From the human T2T-CHM13v2.0 reference genome, Homo sapiens, in the NCBI RefSeq assembly GCF_009914755.1, contig NC_060926.1: a stretch of 64,000 nt of DNA; one strand, 5' to 3'. Shown piece after piece: positions 54,863 to 64,000 of the stretch (positions are counted from its first letter, which is position 1; each line of letters starts with the position of its first letter). The translations under genes were made by a program, and so were the position numbers. Under the pieces are notes generated by a model, which saw nothing but the letters and a program-made list of their open reading frames with translations, searched no databases and was not told the origin of the DNA.

Positions 54863-55075
54863 CAGGATTTCTCAAACACGACACTATCGACAATTTGGAC
54901 TGGATGATTCTGGGCATGGTGTGTGGGGGAGGATGGTTCCGGGCATCATAGAACACTTAGCAGCAGCTGTGGTCTCCACCAAGAGATGCTAGTGTCATGC
55001 CCTCCATTACATCCCATGTTGTGACAACCAAAACTGTTTCCTGGGAGTCCAAATTGCCTTGAGTAAAAACCAGTG
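54863..55075 (+). mobile_element. MER20 hAT DNA transposon
   Basis: gttgtgacaaccaaaa core; 8-bp TSD ATGTAGAA/ATTTAGAA. Confidence 0.8.
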
Positions 55076-56034
55076 ATTTAGAAAGAGGGAGGTCTATCCT
55101 TGCTCAAAGATGAATTTGGAAACTTGCAAATCTTAAATCTATCTTTGTCCCTTTCAGAATCTTTTTTCCAGCACTGGTTGGCTCCATGGGCTTTGGAGGG
55201 GAGTGTGAAGTAGGAAGGAGGTTGTACTGAAACGTACACAGTAATGTGCTCTAATCGATGCATTGATTCTCTTTCTTTTCAGTCCAGAGGAACTCACAAA
55301 CCTCTCCATTCTTGGCAACAGTTTCTGAAACCAACATTATTAAATTACCAAAAAAAAAAAAAAAAAAAAAGAAGCTGGAACAATTCCTGCCAGAGAGCCC
55401 TTAATAGACCTCTCCAAAGTATTTATTTTATATCATTGAGTAGTGAGCATTTTAATCTCTCTTTTGCAGTCAATAAATTGAGGCTTGGGGAGTTTAAGCA
55501 AGGGCCCAAAGTTATGGATGTGTTTCCAAGGTAGAGGAGCTGATAAAAGGGGGTCAGGTAGCCTGACTTCCGGATGTATGCTCTGATTTCTTGGTTAAGA
55601 TGAAGGGCACTTAACTGTGTCTCATTTGTCTCTTTCCCCACTGCTTGCAAAATTGCCCATAAAGTTTGTAAAACTGCGATGCTCTGCAAAATAAAAAAAA
55701 AAATCAACAGATTGCTGAAGAATATAAGGCATTTTTTCCAGATATCAGAGTTTCCTTATTCCCCTTGTCTTTCATTTTATTTCATGAAATTTATGTTTTG
55801 TTGTATGAAAGGTAAGAAAAGGAGAGTCAGAAAATACAGATGCCATTTCATCTGCTAATTCCGCTGATAGCAATCTATCTTCATGAAATGCAAGTAAAGC
55901 TATTTTGCAATAAAATATTTGTCATAATGTTATTTATAATGGCAAAACCTTTGGAAAAGGTCAAATGCCCAAGATAGGATACTGGGTTACTAAATTATGA
56001 TTCGGTCACACAATGAGTTATTATAGAAATATTT

Positions 56035-56182
<148 letters not shown>

Positions 56183-56200
56183 TAATGCTATTTTACTAAC

Positions 56201-56621
56201 TGCATTAGGCCATTCTTGTGTTGCTATAAAGAAATATCTGAGACTGGGTAATTTATAAAGAAAAGAGGTTTAATTGGCTCTCAGTTCTGCAGGCTGTACA
56301 GGAAGCATGGCAGGATCAGCTTCTGGGGAGACCCCAGGAAGCTTCCAATCACGGCAGAATGCAAAGAGGGACCCAGCACATCACATGGTGAAAGAAGGAG
56401 CAAGAGAAAGAGCAGGAGGTGCCACGCACTTTTAAATGACCAGATCCTTTGAGAAGTCACCCACTCACTATGACAAGGACAGCACCAAGGGGATGTTGCT
56501 AAGCCATTCCTAAGAAAACCACCCCCATGATCTAATCACCTTCCGCCAGGCCCCACCTTCAATACTGGGGATTTCAATTCAACATGAGATTTGAGCAGGG
56601 TCGCATATCCAAACCATACCA
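56201..56621 (-). mobile_element. MSTA-like MaLR solo LTR
   Basis: TG...CA termini, TSD-like CTAAC/CTCAC. Confidence 0.87.
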
Positions 56622-57356
56622 CTCACTTTTTTGTTTTAAGGCATGTGTTAATTGTAGAACTAAATTAATGGTACTGAAAGGTACAAAGGTGAAAGTAAAA
56701 CATCGTGTTAAGTATTCCAGCACTCAGTACGGTAGTCATTAGGGCTGTTGATGAACTCACCGACCCTCTCACTGGACATAATAAAATGGAACTTTCCCTC
56801 CCACTTAAACTTCAATGTGGTCATGTGACTTGCTTTGGCCAGTGAAATGTGAGCAGCCATGACTGTGCCCATTTTCCAACACACGCATCAACACTGGGTC
56901 CGATCAATATTACCAACCATTGACAATCTGGCAATCTGATAGCAAACACAAATTTGCATTTCCTTGTTTGTCTTTCTTTGATTTCTTTAGTTGTCTCTCT
57001 CTCTCTTGCTCGCTTTCTTTTTTTTGATAAAGCTGAACCAGGTCATACTGAACATGTAGCTAACCTTTTGGGAACAGACCCCTTAAGTCGTTTAACTAAT
57101 TTTGACTGTAAGTATTCTTTGCATATTAACCCATTGCCAGCAAATCTGTATCCCTCTTTTGTCATTTTTCTTTCAGCTTGGCTCATATTTTTTTCACAAA
57201 GAAGTTAATATTTTATGGTCCAACTTTAACCTTTATGAGTTTTGGTCTTGTGGCATGTTTAGAAAATACTTCCTCACTTCAAAATCATTAATATTCATTT
57301 AAAGCTGGATTCTAGTACTTTTATGTTTCATTTTTTAATACTTAAATTTTTTATAA

Positions 57357-57705
<349 letters not shown>

Positions 57706-57778
57706 TTTTCTTTTCTATCTACTGGTTAATAAATTGTGCTGCCACCACCTATTAAGCCATTTAAAAAAATCCCCATTG

Positions 57779-58062
57779 GGCCAAGTGCCGTGGCTCATGA
57801 CTGTAATCCCAGCACTTTGGGAGGCCGAGGCAGGTGGATCACCTGAGGTCAGGAGGTCAAGACCAACCTGGCCAACATGGTGAAAACCCATCTCCACTAA
57901 AAATACAAAAAATTAGCTGAGCGTGGTGGCACACAACTGTAGTCCCAGCTACTTGGGAGGCTGAGGCAGGAGAATCACTTGAACTCAGGAGGCAGAGGTT
58001 TCAGTGAGCCAAGATCATGCTACTCCACCCCAGCCTGGGCAACAGAGCAAGACTCCATCTCA
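57779..58062 (+). mobile_element. Alu (AluSx-like)
   Basis: TSD aaaaaaatccccattg/aaaaaaatccctattg. Confidence 0.93.
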
Positions 58063-58977
58063 AAAAAAAAATCCCTATTGATTTGAAATTATGGTGAGAT
58101 TTTTGGGTTTTGATGGCATGGGGCATACTTATCATGATGCCTTATGAAAAGAACTGATTGAAACAAAATTGTAACAGAGAGAATGAGCCCCAGTCTCAAG
58201 TAAGTGTATTTACAGAAAAATTCTGGAAAGAATTCTATCATGCTGTTTTTTGAAGAGTATTTTTCTTTAAATACTTTTACGTGTTTTCTAAAATTCTGCA
58301 ATGTATGCTATTGCTTTATAATCGGGAAAACCGCATCACATATGTCATTTTAAACCACTATGTTTTTGAGTGACGTAAGCAGAGAAGCCTATCAATTCAA
58401 CTTATTTTCCTCATAGGATTGTTTTCTGGCCTTAGCTCTGTTGTCGAAAGTTCTCCCAATTCTGACAACAGTACTAGCAAATGTCCTGCTTTATAATGCT
58501 TCTGTATCTCAAAGTCACCACCGCATAAACTTGCCAAGCAGTGATGCTAAGTGCAAGTTTTCTTAAGCGGAGAATTACAGCACATCTTTAGTGAAAAAAG
58601 TAAAAACCTAGGAACGCTCTTGAGTTGTGCAAAGTGAGATAAATGGAGATTTGTGGCCACGACACTCAACTCACCCTCCTGCTGTTTGTTGGTTTTTTTC
58701 TTTGGCTTCTGGTTACAACAGGTTTTGGAAATACCTTGGCTTTTTTTTTTTTTTTTTTTTTTCGCTTTGAAAAGTTGAGCCACTTTCCTCTCAGGGCATC
58801 ATGATAAGTATCACTTCTTAAAATTCACAGCCAGGTTCTATACAGCAGTGACAATAGACTAATTAGATCTGCCACCTAGGAATATGTTCATATATGTCCA
58901 TATATTTATGATGGGGTTCATAAATATAATTTATGCAATTACGTAAAACAAAAGTGTATGCAAAAATTCCACAAATT

Positions 58978-59270
<293 letters not shown>

Positions 59271-59639
59271 TCCACAAATTACTGAATATCATGTCCAGAT
59301 CTCCAGTAATGTATCATTTTTATTCTTTTATCATTTTTATGTTAAGTTTAAAGCATGTAAAATAGTGCTCTGTATTGTTTAGGGATAATCTAGTCATGAT
59401 ATAAAGAACTGTGTGAGAAGAATGATAACTGTCCATTCATGCCAGTGGTTAGTTCTGAGAGGGGGTAGTGCAGGCATTGTGATTGAATAGGGGCACAGAG
59501 AGATAAGAGAAACAGTGTGAAGCTATGTCACTGTGTGAGCTGAATCTTCCTGTTGAAGCCAGGAGGAAAAGGAGGAGGCAAAGCCGACTCCAGGCTGCCA
59601 GACGAGCGGCTGGGTGATGATGGAACCATTCAGCACGAT

Positions 59640-60064
59640 CTCAAATATAGGGAAAGACCAGATATGTCCTCTGTTCTTTCCCTTTACACTCTGTGCCCTG
59701 CGGGGCTTATCTTTATGGACTATTTCAACTGGGCCCCTAATGCTGTGGCTTCTGGCTGGGTTTGGCCAAGCAGCAGCACCAGCAGGGGATCAAAGAGTAG
59801 GAGGAGGGAGAGATGAGGCCACTTATCCGTGGCTGCCTCTGTGCCAGGCTGCAGGCAAACAGCGGCCACAGGCTCTCCTGCTGCACTCTGGGCGCCAGGA
59901 ACTGTCCAGCCTGAATGGCTCCCCAGTGTGGCTGATGCCAAGGCGCATCGCTGTCCCTTGCTGATTTTCTTCAACTTTGCCCACACCTTGAAAATGACTC
60001 ATAAAATTGTCCTCAAGTACCCTTTTTGAATGAGCTACTTGTTTCCTACAGCTTTTCTGACTAT
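59640..60064 (+). mobile_element. LTR33-like ERVL LTR
   Basis: ctctgtgccctg...tggcttctggctgggtttggcca...tttgcccacacctt. Confidence 0.6.
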
Positions 60065-60082
60065 TGTAAGAAGGATGACAAA

Positions 60083-60547
60083 TGTGTTTGTTTTCTACCG
60101 CTGCTGTAATAAACTATCACAAACTCAGTGGCTTAAAGCAACACGAATTTATTCTCTTACAGTTCTGGAGGTCAGAAGCCTCCAGTGGGTCAGCAGGGCT
60201 GCGTTCTTTCTGGAGGCGCTCGGGGAGAATCCATTTCTTTGCTGTTTCCATCTCCTCTGGGCTGCCCACATTCCCTGGCTCATGGCCTTACAAAATTCTA
60301 ATCTCTGCTTCCGCAGCCATGTCACCATCTCCTACTCTGACTCCTGCTTTCCTCCTATGAGGGTCCTTGTGAGTATATTGCACTCCCCTCCCAATAATGC
60401 AGGATAATCTCTCCATCTCATGATCTTTCACTTAGTCTCATATGCAAAGTCCCTTTTGCCATGGAACATAACATATTCACAGGTTCCAGGTTCTGGGAAT
60501 TAGGATGTGGACATCCTTTGGGTGCCATTATTCTGCCTCCCATAACA
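60083..60547 (-). mobile_element. MLT1D-like LTR
   Basis: cagtggcttaaagcaacac...cagttctggaggtcagaag...ggatgtggacatc. Confidence 0.82.
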
Positions 60548-60811
60548 GATTCTTCAGGAAAAATAGCAAGTTTGATTTTCACATCCATATGTCTGCAGGA
60601 GTTGGAGGAGATATGGCATGGGCTGTTGGTTATCTGGGTCTGGATGTTTAATTTGGTTTTTAAGGTCTTCCCTGTATATACATCATGCAACATTCTCACA
60701 CTGGAACTAGTGGAAAATAAAAACATAACTCACCTTCCCATATTGAGTTTTGCTAAATCCTATAAAGGAAGCCATCCATATTTCAATACCACTTCATTAA
60801 AATAGTCTTGT

Positions 60812-61101
60812 GAGCTACTTGGAAGGCTGAAGTGGGAGGATCACTTGAAGCCACAAGTTCAAGACCAGCCAGGGCAACATAGCAAGATCCTGTCTCAAAA
60901 AGAAAGAAAGAAAGAAAAACAAGAAAGAAAGAAAGAAGAAAGAAAGAAAGAGCAAGCCAGATGAGGTGGTGCACGTCAGTAGTCCCAGGTACTTGGGAGG
61001 CTGAGGCAGGGGAATCGTTTGAGCTCAGGATTTCAAGGCTGCAGTGAGCTATGGCCACATTACTTCACTCCAGCCTGAGCTACAGAGCAAGACTCTCTCT
61101 G

Positions 61102-61140
<39 letters not shown>
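60812..61140 (+). mobile_element. 5'-truncated AluJ with (GAAA)n linker and A39 tail
   Basis: gggcaacatagcaaga, aggctgcagtgagctat J-type motifs. Confidence 0.88.
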
Positions 61141-61145
<5 letters not shown>

Positions 61146-61656
61146 TTGAAGGATAGTTCTGTTCTCCTTACACTTGCCTTTTCTATCTTATGGATACCAA
61201 CCCTCTCAATGTTATAGTCTTACAATTTCAGGCAATGGTTAAACAAACCCAAACTGAATTATACTACAATTGAAATCCAGTTACCTCATATGTGATTGAT
61301 GCGCTTGCTTCTAAGACTTGCACACACTATGTGGACTCAATCTTGGTATATCGGGCCATGGAGATGCCTCATTATAGACTAGGATTATCTGGGTTTACAA
61401 AACCAAGTGTTTTCATGTCATAGCAATAACTTTTATGAGCTTAGATCCTAAATGAGTTTAAATATCATTCAGCCTTTTATTATCTAGGTGTCCCTGCACT
61501 TACACTTTGTTTGCCTCATTTTTAAAATTTATAGCAGTGATGGAATAATTTACCAGGCTATTATTAGGTTAAAAATAGTATGGATTCAAAGCCCACTGTA
61601 GGACCTATAACATAGAAGGCATGTAAAAACATTGGTTTTCTGGCTGCTTTTCCACC

Positions 61657-61700
61657 TAACTGTCATGTATTGCAATAACTATCATGTATTGCAATAACTA
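61657..61700 (+). repeat. 19-bp tandem duplication
   Basis: taactgtcatgtattgcaa / taactatcatgtattgcaa. Confidence 0.92.
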
Positions 61701-62040
61701 CCAGCAAGGTAATTCATTTTTAGTAAAATTCAATTCAAAAAGCCCTTATTAAACATATGCACCAAGTAATGCAAGGCATTGAAGCAGATACAAAGATGAA
61801 CAAGTCATGTCTCCTTTCCTTATGAGGTCTGCAGTCAGTGAGAAGGGCAGATGAGAGCAGAGATCACCCTCATAAAGTATGTTTATGTAAATATATCTCC
61901 TTACCCAGAATAATCATGACAGTTTTAGGCAGATTCCACCAGCTTTCCTATCTAATATTTATTATTGTATACAACTGGCATTTTAGTAACGGCTGGAATT
62001 AGGGGTACCATTTGTGGCCACGGAACAGAGGACAGATATT

Positions 62041-62096
62041 CACCAGGATTATGGTCTTGTGAACGCAGAATTCTAACTAGCTGAGCTCATCAGCCA
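62041..62096 (-). mobile_element. Degenerate tRNA-Ile-derived SINE head (MamSINE1-like), not a tRNA gene
   Basis: Reverse complement ggctgatgagctcagctagttagaa resembles tRNA-Ile GGCCGGTTAGCTCAGTTGGTTAGAG. Confidence 0.4.
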
Positions 62097-62559
62097 GAGA
62101 ATACACATTTGCCCTGGAAAGTGGTATTGATTATAATCATGGAAAGAAAAGGATGTTTGCTAAAAAGGAGAGAATGAATAATGATTACTGGATTCCATAA
62201 AAGACTTTCAAAATCCAGTTCCATGCATAAGTAAGTAGAGTATCCATTACATGCAGGGCAATGTGCTTAGGGGATATTGTGCAATGAATAAGACAGGGAA
62301 GAAACTGTCTTTCCCTCAAGGAACTGACAGTCTCGTGGGGGAGAAACAGACTTGAGATCAACTAAGGCAGAATATGACAAGGGCCTTGGGGAGAGTCCTA
62401 GCTTGTGATTTTGAAGGAGGGAGAGAGTAGATTTGGTTGGAGAGTCAAGAAAGATGTCAAGAAGTTGGGGCATTTGAAAGGGACTGTGTGAATACATTCA
62501 AAATATTACATATGCATCACAGTGATTTATTCAATGTAGCTTATCTCTTGCTTTTCTAA

Positions 62560-63800
62560 AATTATTTTAAAAATCAATCAATAGCACATTATTACATCGT
62601 CATAAAATGCAAAGTCAAATATAAAAGTTCCTTTGCCTACACTTCCCATTTCTACTCTTTTCCCAGAGATTAGCAGCTGTGTATGATTTCAAAACATTCT
62701 CTATGCATTTACTTACATATATTTGTACTTGCACAAATATTTGAAAACAAAAAAACATACCTGATGTATAAAACGGCTCAGCACTTGCTTCTTAAAAATT
62801 TAACAATTTTTAAAATCCCTTTGCATGTCGGTTTTTATATAACTATCTCCTTTTTATTGGCTGAGTTGTAGTCTGCAGACCCACGCTGCCCCATATAGTA
62901 TTCCTTAACTAGGTGGATCTATTTCCATTTAAAATAATTAAAATGAAATAAAGCTTAAAATTCAGTTTCTCCATTGCAATGACCACATTTCAAGTTCTAG
63001 GCAGCCACCTGTGGGTAGTGGCTACTGTACGGGACGGAGCAGACTGGGAGCATTTCTGTCACCTGTGGAAGCTCTGCTGCCCAGCACCGCTCTGCACTAC
63101 ACATGAGCCAACATTTCCTCAACCATTCTTTACTGAAGAACATTTAGACTCTTCCTTACTTTCCACTATCATAGATGCTACAATGAACATCCTTGAACAT
63201 CCATCTTTTGTGTACACGGGGGAGGGTTTCTGGAGAATAAATTTCCAGAATAGACACTTTAGAGTTACAATGTAAACACATCTAAATTTGGAAAGATAAT
63301 GTCAAATTTCCTCCTAAAACCGTGTAACAATTATATTACTCAGAGAATATTGGAATGCTCATTTTTTTCAGATGCTTACCAACCCTGGAGATTACAAATC
63401 TCTGCAACTTTAGCCACTCTGATGGACAAAAATAACATCTTTCTGTCTTTCCAATATGCATTTTTTTATTCTTAGTGAGTCTGAGCATTTTAAAATAATT
63501 TTTAATTACCAAAGGAAGTACACGAGTACATATTTTATTGTAAAATATTATAGTTGTGTGTATTAAAATAGAACAGTAGTAAAATGTGAGTTTTTCTTCA
63601 TCTTTCCAGCCCCCATCCCACCTTCACTTCCGAGCGATAACAACTATTATGACTTTGCTGTGTATTCCTCTTGCCCTTGGTCTAGGGGAATTTATAAATT
63701 TATAGCATGCTTGTACATACAAAATGTATTGTGGGTTTCATTTTTTTCCTCATAAAACTAATCATGGTGCATTTATTGTTCAATAATGTGCAGTTTTAAT
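62560..63800 (-). mobile_element. Old L1ME-like fragments
   Basis: atgctacaatgaacatccttgaacat...cagatgcttaccaac...ccactctgatgg. Confidence 0.6.
62881..63089 (-). mobile_element. MER3-like hAT relic
   Basis: ttaaaattcagtt...ccacatttcaag...gtggctactgta. Confidence 0.7.
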
Positions 63801-63834
63801 TTAACAATATGTCTTGAAGAGATTTCTCATGCAG

Positions 63835-64000
63835 TACTAACAATTGCTAGCATTTATTGAGTGCTCACTATGTGCAATGAGTAAGCTTAACCTCCGCAGC
63901 CTAGCACCACCAGATGTGTCTGGGTTTTGCTCATTGCTCTTTGATAAGAGGAATCAAATCTTGGGGATCTCCCAAAGATCATGCCCAGGTCTCTGCCTGA
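63835..64000 (-). mobile_element. MIR SINE fragment
   Basis: gctagcatttattgagtgctcactatgtgc. Confidence 0.6.

Noticed and set aside
62041-62096. Possible tRNA-Ile gene
   Set aside because: Only the 5' half resembles tRNA; no B-box or cloverleaf

Overview
Primate (human-like) genomic DNA, repeat-dense and apparently intergenic or intronic. I find no credible intact protein-coding gene, RNA gene or CRISPR array; the supplied ORFs are mostly Alu, LTR or microsatellite artefacts. The window holds about 21 Alu copies or fragments, a full-length THE1B MaLR element with both LTRs and a target-site duplication (TSD), a HERV-K(HML-2) LTR5B solo LTR, many other solo LTRs (MER4-, MER31-, MER57-, LTR8-, LTR47-, MER74-like, MST, MLT1), DNA transposon relics and MIR/L1/L2/L3 fragments. 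Repeat family names are recalled from memory, not from a database run. The most notable unexplained features are: a highly diverged poly(A)-tailed retrocopy resembling the SART3 C-terminal RRMs (35847-36440, minus); an L2-bearing, TSD-flanked orphan insert inside a younger MLT1E LTR; a trimeric AluY; a 111-bp dispersed direct repeat; close inverted Alus; perfect palindromes; and motif clusters (octamer, RFX, CTCF/YY1) in unique sequence. I see no evidence of a multi-gene novel system.
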